Source: an uncultured Eubacteriales bacterium (GTDB taxonomy: Bacteria; Bacillota; Clostridia; Oscillospirales; Acutalibacteraceae). From it: a DNA stretch of 64,000 nt. The notes beneath the pieces are model-generated. The model worked only from the letters and a program-made list of their open reading frames with translations, was not told where the DNA came from and made no database searches. The stretch covers positions 17,021 through 81,020 of the forward strand of contig CAKTEU010000004.1 of assembly GCA_934552855.1 (NCBI GenBank). Reading direction: 5' to 3'. Made by a program: the position numbers and the translations under genes. Below, piece by piece: positions 27,152 to 37,275 of this stretch (position 1 is its first letter; each line of letters begins with the position of its first letter).

Positions 27152-28636
27152 ATGTTTAAAAAAGGGTTTGACAACGATAAGTACATTAAAACTCAGTCCG
27201 AACAGATAAGAAAGCGTATGTCACGCTTCGGCGGAAAGCTTTATATGGAGTTTGGCGGAAAGCTTTTTGACGATAACCACGCCTCAAGGGTGCTTCCGGG
27301 CTTTGAGCCGGACAGCAAGCTGAGAATGCTTCTTGAGCTTAAAGACGAAGCGGAAATTGTTATTGCCGTCAGTGCAGGCGCAATTGAAAGCAAAAAGCTC
27401 AGGGGCGATCTCAACATTTCCTATGATATGGAAGTTCTTCGTCTCATTGACCTTTTCAGAAGCGTCGGCCTTTTTGTCGGTTCGGTTGTAATTACTCAAT
27501 ACAGCGGACAGGACAGCGCAGACGTTTTCAAACAAAAGCTTTGTGCTCTCGGCGTTCCGGTTTTTATTCATTATAAAATTGAAGGCTATCCTTCAAACGT
27601 GAAAAAAATTATTTCCGAAAACGGCTACGGAAAAAACGAATATATTGAAACAACTCGCCGCCTTGTTGTTGTTACCGCCCCCGGTCCCGGAAGCGGTAAA
27701 ATGGCAACCTGCCTTTCGCAGCTTTATCACGAACACCTCAGGGGAATTGAAGCCGGGTATGCAAAGTTTGAAACATTCCCGATTTGGAACCTTCCGCTGG
27801 GTCACCCGGTCAACCTTGCATATGAAGCGGCAACCGCCGACCTCAACGATGTCAATATGCTTGACCCGTTCCATCTTGACGCATACAATGTTAAAACCGT
27901 CAACTATAACCGAGACATTGAAATTTTTCCGGTTTTGAACGCAATGTTCGAAAATATTTACGGAAGCTCACCGTATAAATCACCGACGGATATGGGCGTA
28001 AATATGGCAGGCTATTGCATTTTTGATGATGAAGCCGTATGTCATGCCGCAAAGCAGGAAATCATAAGAAGATATTACAAAGCCCTTTGCGACCGCAGAA
28101 AAGGCCTTGATGTTTCAAAGGAGATTGAAAAGCTTGAACTGCTCATCAGCAAAGCCGACATCACTGTTGCCGACCGAAAGGTTGTTGCCGCCGCAAACGA
28201 AATTGCAAAAAAAACCGGTGCGCCGGCTGCCGCCATTGAACTTGCGGACGGAACCGTTCTCACCGGAAAAACAAAACAGCTTTTGGGTGCGGCAAGTTCG
28301 CTTGTTCTCAATGCCCTTAAATATCTTGCAAAAATTGATGACAAGCTTGAACTCATTCCGTCCGACCTCATTGAACCGGTTCAAAGCCTTAAGGTCAACT
28401 ATCTCGGAAGCCGCAACCCTCGTCTTCATGTTGACGAAATTTTGGTTGCACTCTCAGTTGCCGCCGCAACAAACCGTAACGCCGCAAAAGCACTTTCTTT
28501 TCTTCCGATGCTGAAAGGCGCACAGGTTCACTGCTCGGTCATTCTTTCCGGCACAGACAGCAAGATTTTTTCAAAACTCGGAATTGACCTTACAACCGAA
28601 CCGGATTATGAAAACGATAATTTGTATCATATTTAA
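27152..28636 (+). CDS. UPF0371 / DUF1846 family protein
   Basis: ATG at 27152 lies 7 nt after GGAGAG: MFKKGFDNDKYIKTQSEQI...GGKLFDDNHASRVLPGF. The length of about 494 aa is typical for the family. Confidence 0.8.
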   Translation: MFKKGFDNDKYIKTQSEQIRKRMSRFGGKLYMEFGGKLFDDNHASRVLPGFEPDSKLRMLLELKDEAEIVIAVSAGAIESKKLRGDLNISYDMEVLRLIDLFRSVGLFVGSVVITQYSGQDSADVFKQKLCALGVPVFIHYKIEGYPSNVKKIISENGYGKNEYIETTRRLVVVTAPGPGSGKMATCLSQLYHEHLRGIEAGYAKFETFPIWNLPLGHPVNLAYEAATADLNDVNMLDPFHLDAYNVKTVNYNRDIEIFPVLNAMFENIYGSSPYKSPTDMGVNMAGYCIFDDEAVCHAAKQEIIRRYYKALCDRRKGLDVSKEIEKLELLISKADITVADRKVVAAANEIAKKTGAPAAAIELADGTVLTGKTKQLLGAASSLVLNALKYLAKIDDKLELIPSDLIEPVQSLKVNYLGSRNPRLHVDEILVALSVAAATNRNAAKALSFLPMLKGAQVHCSVILSGTDSKIFSKLGIDLTTEPDYENDNLYHI

Positions 28637-28673
28637 TGACGGATTGTTATACCGTTAAAAACAAAAACTTTTG

Positions 28674-28715
28674 AAAAAAACCGCAAAGCCTTGCAAAAAG
28701 GTATTGCGGTTTTTG
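28674..28715 (+). terminator. intrinsic terminator
   Basis: CCGCAA-N17-TTGCGG followed by TTTTTG, preceded by an A-tract. Confidence 0.65.
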
Positions 28716-28954
28716 TGTATATTTAAAATCGGAATAACGGGCGGCGATTTTTTTCGGCAAAAGGGGCTGTGTTCATGAACACAACAAAATTTTGCCGCAG
28801 ACGTTATAATATTCTTCTTTCAAAAACAAAACAGCAAAAAACGCAGAACGCCCGTGCAATCATTGACATTAAACGTTTTTCTGTGATATAATCAAACATA
28901 TTTTAATGTATGCCGTGTGTTTTTCGGCTTTACACAAAGAAAGGCAGAGAAAAA

Positions 28955-29410
28955 ATGAAGTGTCCTTTTTGCGGCTTTTCCGAAAGCAAGGTCATTGACT
29001 CACGCCCGACCGATGAGGGCGAACGAATCAGAAGAAGGCGTGAATGCGTCTCCTGTTCAAGAAGATTCACAACTTATGAAATTATTGAAAGCGTTCCGAT
29101 AATTGTTGTGAAAAAAGATAAATCACGTGAGGCGTTTGACCGTGTAAAACTTTTCAACGGAATGCTTCGTGCGTGTGAAAAACGCCCCGTTTCAATTGCA
29201 CAGATTGAAGCGGCTGTTTCGGATATCGAAGCGGAGCTTCAAAATTCGCTTGACCGTGAGGTCACGTCCGTTCATATCGGAGAACTTGCAATGGACAAAC
29301 TCAAGCTTCTTGATGAGGTTGCCTATGTTCGTTTTGCTTCGGTATATCGCCAGTTCAAAGATATAAACACGTTTATGGAAGAGCTTGCAAAACTTCTTGG
29401 CGAAAAATAA
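28955..29410 (+). CDS. nrdR: transcriptional repressor NrdR
   Basis: [42 protein letters not shown] plus an ATP-cone. Confidence 0.95.
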   Translation: MKCPFCGFSESKVIDSRPTDEGERIRRRRECVSCSRRFTTYEIIESVPIIVVKKDKSREAFDRVKLFNGMLRACEKRPVSIAQIEAAVSDIEAELQNSLDREVTSVHIGELAMDKLKLLDEVAYVRFASVYRQFKDINTFMEELAKLLGEK

Positions 29411-29423
29411 AATGCGACAGCCC
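29409..29423 (-). repeat. solo copy of the terminal-repeat sequence of the 221-bp element
   Basis: AAAATGCGACAGCCC followed by AAAT matches the inner end of copy L (AAATGCGACAGCCCCAAAT). It overlaps the nrdR stop codon. Confidence 0.4.
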
Positions 29424-29460
29424 AAATCTTACGGCAAAAGCCGGGTTTTCGGAGAAAAAT

Positions 29461-30075
29461 ATGAACGATTTTTCAAACCTTCTTCACAGCGGAGAAATTT
29501 ATTATCCGGAAGACGACAGCATAATGGAAGTTCAGCTTCAATGCCTTGAAAAGCTTTATGATTATAACCAAACAAGGCCGCTTGAACAGGAAAAGCGAAA
29601 AAAGCTTCTTTCCGAAATGTTTGCCGAAATCGGCGAAGGGTGCTATATTGAACCGCCTTTTCACGCAAATTGGGGCGGAAAGCACGTCCATTTCGGAAAC
29701 AATATTTATGCAAATTTTAACCTGACAATGGTTGATGATACGCACATCTTTGTCGGAGACTGCACAATGTTTGCTCCGAACGTTACCGTTGCAACGGCAG
29801 GCCATCCGATTTTGCCGTCGCTCAGAGAAAAGGCATATCAGTTCAACATGCCCGTTCATATCGGAAGAAACTGCTGGATCGGTTCCGGCGCACTCATAAT
29901 GCCGGGTGTTTCAATCGGAGACAACACCGTTATCGGTGCAGGCTCGGTTGTCACAAAAGAGATTCCGGCCAATGTTGTTGCTGTCGGCAATCCCTGCCGT
30001 GTTGTCCGTGAAATCGGAGAAAGGGACAAAGAGTTTTATTTTAAAGAACGGCGTATTCCAAAAGAGCTTCTTTAA
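29461..30075 (+). CDS. maa: maltose/galactoside O-acetyltransferase family (left-handed beta-helix)
   Basis: It has an N-terminal Mac domain, hexapeptide repeats and ...AGHPI....R. Length is 204 aa. Confidence 0.85.
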   Translation: MNDFSNLLHSGEIYYPEDDSIMEVQLQCLEKLYDYNQTRPLEQEKRKKLLSEMFAEIGEGCYIEPPFHANWGGKHVHFGNNIYANFNLTMVDDTHIFVGDCTMFAPNVTVATAGHPILPSLREKAYQFNMPVHIGRNCWIGSGALIMPGVSIGDNTVIGAGSVVTKEIPANVVAVGNPCRVVREIGERDKEFYFKERRIPKELL

Positions 30076-30728
30076 TTTTTTATATCGTGATTTTCTTCGG
30101 CGGTCTCTTTATAACAGGCATACTGTTTATAGAGGTCGCTTTCCTTTTGCATTTTTGAGCCGTAAACATAAGTATAACTCAAAAAACGAGCCATATCTTC
30201 CGAGGGGATTTTCATTCCGTTGTTCATCCATTCAAGAATTGTTGCAAGGATTCCTGAAAGAGCAAAGGTTGTAAGATAATTTCTCGGGTCGTTTTCGGGA
30301 AAAACAACTGCCGAATCGGGAACAACGCAGCGAACGGCAAGCTTTATTTTTTCCGCAAGATGATTGTTGCAGTCGTTCCTTGTTATAAAACGGCAAACGG
30401 CATAGTTTTCACGGCAAAATTCAAGAAAGCGGGAACAATAAGTCACAAAGCTTTCAATGTTGTCAAAATCGCTGTTGAATTTTACAACGGTTTCAAGAAA
30501 AACAGCGTATATTTCCTGCTGAATTTTTTCCATCATATCAAAAACATCGTTGTAATAAAGATAAAAGGTTGAGCGGTTAACATCGGCAAGCGTTGTAAGC
30601 TCGGTGACCGTGATTTGATTTATGCTTTTTGTTTCAAGAAGAGAGAAAAGGCTGTTTCTGAGATTATTTTTTGTTCGCCTTATTCTTCTGTCTTCTTTTG
30701 TTGAGTTAAAATTAAATTTTTCCGGCAT
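30072..30728 (-). CDS. TetR/AcrR family transcriptional regulator
   Basis: The N-terminal HTH is ITVTELTTLADVNRSTFYLYYNDV. It is divergent from the 30929 membrane protein gene. Confidence 0.85.
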   Translation of the reverse strand: MPEKFNFNSTKEDRRIRRTKNNLRNSLFSLLETKSINQITVTELTTLADVNRSTFYLYYNDVFDMMEKIQQEIYAVFLETVVKFNSDFDNIESFVTYCSRFLEFCRENYAVCRFITRNDCNNHLAEKIKLAVRCVVPDSAVVFPENDPRNYLTTFALSGILATILEWMNNGMKIPSEDMARFLSYTYVYGSKMQKESDLYKQYACYKETAEENHDIKN

Positions 30729-30827
30729 TTTTTCCTCCGAATATCATACACTTTGACCCTTGTTTGTCGGTTATCAAACAAAACAAGGTCAGAATAATGG
30801 TTGAAAAACTGATAAAACGATGTATAA

Positions 30828-30841
30828 TTGACAAGTGTCAA
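30828..30841. promoter_or_regulatory. perfect 14-bp palindrome, candidate TetR operator overlapping a -35 box
   Basis: TTGACAAGTGTCAA lies in the TetR/membrane-protein divergent intergenic region. Confidence 0.35.
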
Positions 30842-30928
30842 TGAATAAACAGGTGTTGAAAACTGTTGGTTATATTATATACCTGTTTCAAAAAAAATCA
30901 ATAAATATTTTGTGTACGGAGAGTTTTT

Positions 30929-32197
30929 ATGATTACTGAAACCCTGCTTTCTGCGTCACTGAAAAAAAGAAAAACCGCATTTTGGCTGTTCGTTTCAACA
31001 ACGGTCTATTTTTTTGTGTTCGCATTCCTTGAAAATCCGCTCAAAAGCACAATCAGCGACATCGGAAGAACAAGATTGCCGCTTCTTGCGCTTTATTGCA
31101 TTCTGCTTCCGCTTTGCGACATTGTGAACCTTGAATATATGCTCAGAGCATTCAAGCTTAAAGCACCTGTTCTTCGGGCGCTGTTCATAATTTCAAATGT
31201 TTGCGTCGGATTTGTAACAACAACGCTCATGCCCGAACCTCCCGGAGGCGAAGTTACAATGTTTTCTGTTTTGCTTCACTGGCTCACGGGCTTTGGAAAC
31301 ATTGTTCTTAATGCAACGGTTGTTCTTGTTCTTTGCCTTCGCCTTTCAAAAAGAGAAAACAACAAAAAAGGAAAAATTCTTTTTGCCGTCGGAACGGCCG
31401 GCTGCATTTTTGACCTTGTCTTTTTTGTTTTGATGTCGGTTTTCAAAGGCGGAGTTCAAAACGGAAAAAACGGACTTTATGAAATAATACCGATTGTTTT
31501 TACTCATATTGTTCTTTTTGCAATCAATCATACCGAAATTTTTTCAAAAAAATCAGACCGTGATTCGGCAGAAAAAGCAATCGTAGCAACGGACACAAGC
31601 GTGTTTTCCTCGGTTTGCGAGTTCTTTTTGGTTCTCGGCTGGCTGTTCTTCTTCTTTTATTCATTCGTCAGAAACCCGATTCATTACACAATCAGCATGA
31701 CGGGACTTGATTATCCGCTCGGCTTCGGCATAACCTGTGCCCTTATAAGCGTAGGTTTGGCACTCAGCTTTATTCTTGCGTTCAAACGAAGCGGTTATAA
31801 AAATGTTCTCACATACTTCCTTGCCGTCGGCGGTTCGCTTGTTTTGATGGTTTGCGTTTTTTCACCAACAACCCACAGCGGCAACGGACTTGACCCGGTT
31901 CATTCAACGGCGGCTGTTGCGTTTTTCCTTATGATTATGGCTGCGGTGAGCCTGTTTTGCTTTTTCAAAAGGAAACAGCATAAAGCGTACCTTCCGCTTG
32001 GCATTGCAATGTTTGTCATTCTTGTTTTGACCCTTGTCACGGCGTACATTATGAACATTCTTCTTGACCAGAGGTACGGCAGAACGGGACTTGTTGAAGT
32101 TATTCCGCTTCAGTTCATCTATGTTTTTCTTTTCATTGAAAACCACACAACACTTTTGCACTCGGAGAAAAAAGAAAAACTTGCCGCAAAAAATTGA
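30929..32197 (+). CDS. polytopic membrane protein built from two homologous halves, function unknown
   Basis: 422 aa. The halves share NPLKSTISDIG / NPIHYTISMTG and GLYEIIPIVFTHIVLFAINHTEIFSKK / GLVEVIPLQFIYVFLFIENHTTLLHSEKK. Confidence 0.75.
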   Translation: MITETLLSASLKKRKTAFWLFVSTTVYFFVFAFLENPLKSTISDIGRTRLPLLALYCILLPLCDIVNLEYMLRAFKLKAPVLRALFIISNVCVGFVTTTLMPEPPGGEVTMFSVLLHWLTGFGNIVLNATVVLVLCLRLSKRENNKKGKILFAVGTAGCIFDLVFFVLMSVFKGGVQNGKNGLYEIIPIVFTHIVLFAINHTEIFSKKSDRDSAEKAIVATDTSVFSSVCEFFLVLGWLFFFFYSFVRNPIHYTISMTGLDYPLGFGITCALISVGLALSFILAFKRSGYKNVLTYFLAVGGSLVLMVCVFSPTTHSGNGLDPVHSTAAVAFFLMIMAAVSLFCFFKRKQHKAYLPLGIAMFVILVLTLVTAYIMNILLDQRYGRTGLVEVIPLQFIYVFLFIENHTTLLHSEKKEKLAAKN

Positions 32198-32335
32198 GAT
32201 TTACGTTTTGAAAAACAATTGCCTTTTTGCGCTTTTTCTGATACAATATCTCTCGGTAACAGCCAATCAGCCGATAAACATAAGCTTTGGCAGTTACATT
32301 GAACAAACGAAAAATCAAGGAGATGTTGTTTATTT

Positions 32336-32869
32336 ATGAATATTTGGCATGATATTTCACCGAAAAGAATAAAGCCCGATCAGTTCTATGCCGTAATTGA
32401 GATTTCAAAGGGTACAAAAAACAAGTATGAGCTTGACAAGGAAACCGGTATGCTCAAGCTTGACCGTGTCCTTTTCACCTCAACTCATTATCCGGCAAAC
32501 TACGGTTTCATTCCTCGCACCTATGCAAGCGACAACGACCCGCTTGATGTTCTTGTTCTTTGCAGCGAGCAGATTCGTCCGATGACTATTGTTGAATGCA
32601 AGCCGATTGGTGTTCTCAAAATGACCGACAGCGGAATGAGCGATGAAAAAATAATTGCCGTTCCCATCAATGACCCGAACTATAACACATATGAAGATGT
32701 TTCGCAGCTTCCCGCACACCGTTTTGAGGAAATAAAACACTTTTTTGAGGTTTACAAAACCCTTGAGCACGACCACACAACAACGGTTTCCGAAATTTGC
32801 GACAATGAAGAGGCAAGAAGAATTATTGCCTCCTGCATTGACAGATATATCGAGTGCTATCAGAGATAA
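32336..32869 (+). CDS. ppa: inorganic pyrophosphatase, family I
   Basis: ...IEISKGTKNKYELDKETG...YPANYGFIPRTY..DNDPLDVLVL. Confidence 0.95.
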   Translation: MNIWHDISPKRIKPDQFYAVIEISKGTKNKYELDKETGMLKLDRVLFTSTHYPANYGFIPRTYASDNDPLDVLVLCSEQIRPMTIVECKPIGVLKMTDSGMSDEKIIAVPINDPNYNTYEDVSQLPAHRFEEIKHFFEVYKTLEHDHTTTVSEICDNEEARRIIASCIDRYIECYQR

Positions 32870-32876
32870 AAATTTA

Positions 32877-32910
32877 ACCGCCCGACGATTTTTGCCGGGC
32901 GGTATTTTTA
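32877..32910. terminator. bidirectional terminator
   Basis: ACCGCCCG-N11-CGGGCGGT followed by ATTTTTA, between convergent genes. Confidence 0.75.
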
Positions 32911-32927
32911 TTGAATGATTTGCCTAA

Positions 32928-33863
32928 TTAATAAGTGATGCTGTAATCGTCAATGAAGGTCATGCCGACTTTTGCGTCAATAGTAACCAAAACTTTCGCC
33001 GTAACACTGAGAACCATCGGAAGGGTATATCTTGCCCAGGTCATATTTCCGGTGGCTTTGTCAATTTTGCACTCGATTTGTGCATTGTAAAAATAATTGC
33101 TGAAGGACTGAACAACAGGTGCATTTCCTTTAACATCGGACTCCTTGATGGTTGTGAAAGCACTTGCACAACCGGTGCCTGCTGCCGGGTCAGTACATTC
33201 TTTAAATTTGAGAACAATGTTATAACTTGTTCCGTCATCATTGCATGTTGCGCTTTCAAGGTCGGCTTCGGTTAATTTGCTGACATAGCTTTCGCCTGCA
33301 ACAGGATAGGTATTTTTGATATCATCACCTGTTAAATCAAGGGGTGTTTCGTTCTTTGTGAGGAACCTGCTAATGAGCGGCTTTCCGATTGACTGAAGAG
33401 CCGACGGAAGCTCAGTTTTGTCTTCATTGTGTTGATAATCCTGAAAATTCCTTGTTACCTTTGTTGCATTGGTTTTGATTTTGTTTGCACTTTCATTATA
33501 AAGTTTAACAATATCTGCGGTAGTCGAAGGTGCGCCGGTTGAAGCGTTGTTGTCTGCCGGTGCGGTGCTGTCAGCCGAAGGAGCGGTTGAATCGTTGTTT
33601 GCCGGTGTGCTACTGTCGTTGTTAGCCGGTTCGGTTGCGGGGGGCTGAGTAGCCGGAGCGGTTGTTGCGGCGGTTGTGGGGGCTGTTGTTGCAGCGGTCT
33701 GAGCAGTTGTTGAAGCGGCTTCAACGGCTTTTCCCGCCGACATGAGCGAACCGAGGAAATTTCCGCTTGAAAAGAGAAGGACAATCGCCAATACAATTAC
33801 TATACCCTTTTTGATTTCGGGATCAAAATTAATTTTTGAATCCGTCGTTTTGTCTTTTGCCAT
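32928..33863 (-). CDS. membrane-anchored surface protein with a Thr/Ala/Pro linker and the same uncharacterised C-terminal domain as 14553..15455
   Basis: ORF trimmed to the ATG at 33863 (MAKDKTTDSK...). It has a TM anchor, a TTAPTTAATTAPATQPPATEP linker and a paralogous domain of about 200 aa. Confidence 0.75.
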   Translation of the reverse strand: MAKDKTTDSKINFDPEIKKGIVIVLAIVLLFSSGNFLGSLMSAGKAVEAASTTAQTAATTAPTTAATTAPATQPPATEPANNDSSTPANNDSTAPSADSTAPADNNASTGAPSTTADIVKLYNESANKIKTNATKVTRNFQDYQHNEDKTELPSALQSIGKPLISRFLTKNETPLDLTGDDIKNTYPVAGESYVSKLTEADLESATCNDDGTSYNIVLKFKECTDPAAGTGCASAFTTIKESDVKGNAPVVQSFSNYFYNAQIECKIDKATGNMTWARYTLPMVLSVTAKVLVTIDAKVGMTFIDDYSITY

Positions 33864-34208
33864 AACTTTTTTCCTTTCTGTAACGGCACCTGCCGATTTT
33901 CGGGGTGACCGGCTTTGAAAAAAGCCGCCGCCCAATATGATACGAGGATATTATATTATATTTACGCCGATTGTGCAATAGTAAAAGTAAAAATTATTTA
34001 TGTACTTTTTGTCTAATTCTTGAAAGCGAGACAAATTTTAAATAAAAAGACATTTTTTGACGCAAAAAGTCGAAAACCAAAAATGTAACAATCCTGTAAC
34101 GCCGATTACAAAGCTGATATAATCATTGAAATTTTATACATTTTACAATATCATTTTTTTGCAGGAAGGAAAAGTACCTGTCGAGAGTAATTAAAGGAGG
34201 TTTTTGAA

Positions 34209-34943
34209 ATGAAAAAAATTGCGGCGGCTGTTTTGAGCCTTTTGGTGATTTTTCTGTTTTACGGCTGCACGAAAGGAAAAAACAATGAAAGCACATCTTC
34301 ACCCGAAAGTGTCCTCGGTTCGGCTTCGGATACTTCGGTAAGCAACACATCAAAGCCCGGCGTTCCCACATCGGAAAGCGGCGAATACGTTCGCTACGGC
34401 GACGAGGATCAAAACCTTCTTATCTATAAGGACACCGATTTCGGCTCGTTTAAAAAGCCGCATAAAAAGGGTGAAAGCATAAGAATCCGCCACAGCAACA
34501 TCATCACTTCAGGCAACTATTCTTCGGACAAAAAGGCGGTTTTTGATTATAACCTGACGCTTGAAAAAGTACTTTCCGGAAAAGATGCCGAAAAAATGCT
34601 TGATGAAATCACAACGAATTTTGACGAAGAAAAAAAGTCACTTGAAAATTGCGACCTTTATCTTTTGAGCGTAAACTTTAAGTACAATCCGAAAAGCAAA
34701 GTCAAGGACAAGCTTCCCAATTCGCTTTGCTTTAAAGCGGTTGACAAAAACGGAAATTATGTTGATGCCGAACAGAGATTCGATACCGTTGATTACACGA
34801 ACGAGACCGAAAACGGCGAGGTTACAAATTGGTATCCGCTTGCCGTTCCAAAGGGAACCGAGTTTCGTCCTGTTGCGGTAATCGGTACGCCAATGGAATA
34901 TCCCGGCTTTGTTGCAAATGTGTATTTTGATATTAACGGCTGA
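34209..34943 (+). CDS. lipoprotein of unknown function
   Basis: Lipobox is FYGC (MKKIAAAVLSLLVIFLFYGC). RBS is AAAGGAGG. Confidence 0.75.
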   Translation: MKKIAAAVLSLLVIFLFYGCTKGKNNESTSSPESVLGSASDTSVSNTSKPGVPTSESGEYVRYGDEDQNLLIYKDTDFGSFKKPHKKGESIRIRHSNIITSGNYSSDKKAVFDYNLTLEKVLSGKDAEKMLDEITTNFDEEKKSLENCDLYLLSVNFKYNPKSKVKDKLPNSLCFKAVDKNGNYVDAEQRFDTVDYTNETENGEVTNWYPLAVPKGTEFRPVAVIGTPMEYPGFVANVYFDING

Positions 34944-34972
34944 TTTTTAAAAATATTAACCTGCTTGTTCTC

Positions 34973-34990
34973 GGGCTGTCGCAATCCGAA
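34973..34990 (+). repeat. weak solo match to the terminal repeat of the 221-bp element
   Basis: In GGGCTGTCGCAATCCGAA, the first 11-13 nt match GGGGCTGTCGCATTT. Confidence 0.25.
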
Positions 34991-35083
34991 TTTTCCTTTT
35001 GCGGCAGCTTGTTTTTCTTGACTTCTTTTCTGAAAAACGGTTATAATACAACTGTAAAATATGCATAACCGGAGGAAAAACAA

Positions 35084-35689
35084 ATGAATACAAAAGCGCT
35101 TCAAAATATAGGCTACGGTCTTTATCTTCTTACCGCAAAAGAGGGAGAAAAGGACAACGGCTGTATTATCAACACGTTTTTTCAGCTTGCCTCAAAGCCG
35201 CTCATTGTCGGCGTATCGGTCAACAAGCAAAACTATACCCACGACATGATTCTCAAAACGGGCGCATTTTGTGTCTCGGTACTCACAACCGAAACGCCGT
35301 TCGGTTTGATTGAACACTTCGGTTTTAAAAGCGGACGAGACGAGCAGAAGTTTTTCAAAAATTCGAACGAAACAAGGGCAAATAACGGAGTACTTTACCT
35401 TTCCTCATGCTCAAACGCTTATTTTGCCTGCCGTGTTACAAAAACGATTGATTTTGAAAGCCACACCGTTTTTATTGCGGAGCTTACCGATTGCGAAATC
35501 CTTTCTGCCGAAGAAACGCTGACATATGCCTACTACCACGAAAACATCAAGCCGAAGCCGCAAAAAACGGCGGCAAAAGGCTGGCGGTGCAAAATTTGCG
35601 GCTATGTCTATGAGGGCGAGGAATTGCCGAAGGATTATATCTGTCCGCTGTGTAAACACCCGGCGGAAGATTTTGAAAAAATCGAATGA
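35084..35689 (+). CDS. flavin reductase-like domain fused to rubredoxin (high-molecular-weight rubredoxin type)
   Basis: The N-terminus is a flavin reductase-like fold. The C-terminus WRCKICGYVYEG...YICPLCKHPAEDFEKI has two CxxC rubredoxin knuckles. Confidence 0.85.
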   Translation: MNTKALQNIGYGLYLLTAKEGEKDNGCIINTFFQLASKPLIVGVSVNKQNYTHDMILKTGAFCVSVLTTETPFGLIEHFGFKSGRDEQKFFKNSNETRANNGVLYLSSCSNAYFACRVTKTIDFESHTVFIAELTDCEILSAEETLTYAYYHENIKPKPQKTAAKGWRCKICGYVYEGEELPKDYICPLCKHPAEDFEKIE

Positions 35690-35772
35690 AAACCGCACCT
35701 CTTGCAATTTATCACTGCAAGGGGTATAATTATGCTGTAAACTGCCACAAAAATTTTGAAAGGGTGAACGCT

Positions 35773-37137
35773 ATGAGCGAAACCGTTGCAGCGATTGCAA
35801 CGCCGCAGAATACCGGCTCAATCGGAATTATCCGCATTTCCGGCGACGACGCAATTGAAATTGCAGACCGCATTTTTGAACCGAGCGGAAAAAAGCGTCT
35901 TTGCGAACTTAAAGGTTACCGTGCCGCACACGGTTATGCCGTTTTCGGCGGCGAAAAAATTGACGAATGCGTTGCCCTTGTTTTTCGTGCACCGAAAAGT
36001 TATACCGGTGAAAATGTTGTTGAACTTTCCTGTCACGGCGGATTGTTCGTATTAAAGCGTGTTTTGCGTGCAATTTTTTCAGCCGGTGCAAAGCCGGCCG
36101 CCGCAGGCGAATTTACAAAGCGTGCATTTTTGAACGGAAAGCTTGACCTTGCCGAAGCCGAAGCCGTTATGGGAATTATCAATGCCCAAAACGAGCAGGG
36201 CGCAAAAGCCGCTCTGGGTATTCTTGAAGGTGCGCTCAGCAAAAAAACAGATGCTCTTTGCCAAAGGCTTGTTGCCTCTTCCGCTCAGCTTGCCGCATGG
36301 GTTGACTATCCCGATGATGAAATTGAGGAGCTTGAAACGTCGGCACTGCTTGAAACGCTTTCCTTTGTTCAAAGCGGACTTGAAAATCTGCTTTCAAAAT
36401 TTGATGCCGGAGCGGCGATAACCCGTGGAGTTGAAACCGCAATAATCGGAAAACCCAACGTTGGAAAATCGGCACTCATGAACCTTCTTTCCGGCCGCAA
36501 CCGCTCAATCGTCACCGATATTGAGGGCACAACAAGAGACGTTGTTGAAGAAACGGTGAACCTTGGTGCGCTTGTGCTTCGTCTTGCCGATACCGCCGGA
36601 ATACGTCAAACGGCCGATGAGGTTGAAAAAATCGGTGTTGACAAAGCACGTTTTCAGCTTGAAAGGGCAGGCCTTGTTTTTGCCGTTTTTGACCTTTCCC
36701 GTCCGCTTTCAAAAGAGGACGAGGAAATTATTGACCTTTGCAAAGGCAAACGTGTGATTGCAGTGCTCAACAAAAGCGATCTTTCCCGTGAACTTGACCT
36801 GAAAAAAATTAACGATAACTTCAGCGAAACAGTTGAGCTTTGCGCCCTCAGCGGAAACGGACTTTCTGTTCTTGAAGAAAAGGCGGAACGCCTTCTTTGC
36901 ACAAAGGAACTTGACGCAAGCGAAGGAATACTTTCAACCGAACGCCAGCGCAAAAATGCCGAAGAAGCTCTTGCAAGCGTAAAAGAGGCATATGCCGCAC
37001 TTCAAAGCGGCGTCACGCTTGACGCAGTGAATGTCTGCATTGACGATGCAATCGGCGCTCTTCTTGAACTCACGGGCGAAAAAGCGTCAGATGCCGTTGT
37101 TGACGAGGTGTTCTCAAGTTTTTGCGTTGGAAAATAA
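35773..37137 (+). CDS. mnmE: tRNA uridine-5-carboxymethylaminomethyl modification GTPase MnmE
   Basis: ORF trimmed to the ATG at 35773. It has ...TIAAIATP...G.IGIIRISG, a G-domain GKPNVGKSALMN and a C-terminal FCVGK. Confidence 0.93.
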   Translation: MSETVAAIATPQNTGSIGIIRISGDDAIEIADRIFEPSGKKRLCELKGYRAAHGYAVFGGEKIDECVALVFRAPKSYTGENVVELSCHGGLFVLKRVLRAIFSAGAKPAAAGEFTKRAFLNGKLDLAEAEAVMGIINAQNEQGAKAALGILEGALSKKTDALCQRLVASSAQLAAWVDYPDDEIEELETSALLETLSFVQSGLENLLSKFDAGAAITRGVETAIIGKPNVGKSALMNLLSGRNRSIVTDIEGTTRDVVEETVNLGALVLRLADTAGIRQTADEVEKIGVDKARFQLERAGLVFAVFDLSRPLSKEDEEIIDLCKGKRVIAVLNKSDLSRELDLKKINDNFSETVELCALSGNGLSVLEEKAERLLCTKELDASEGILSTERQRKNAEEALASVKEAYAALQSGVTLDAVNVCIDDAIGALLELTGEKASDAVVDEVFSSFCVGK

Positions 37138-37275
37138 GCTTTAAGTAAGGCTTAGCTTGAAAGCTTATAATATTCAATAATTATGGGTGCCTGAAAAAGC
37201 AGAAGAAAAAATGATAAAGAAACAAAAACCGCCGCCAAAACCGGCGGTGAAAACAAAAGAAGGGACGTTTATTTT

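Noticed and set aside
28763-28786. GGGGCTGT is followed by the perfect palindrome GTGTTCATGAACAC upstream of nrdR. I considered it another remnant of the 221-bp element or an operator. GGCTGTCGC also occurs in the terminator at 23541.
   Set aside because: Only 8-9 nt match the element end, which is within chance for 128 kb of two-strand sequence. The palindrome has no partner evidence. I kept only the 15-nt (29409) and 11-13-nt (34973) matches as low-confidence repeats.
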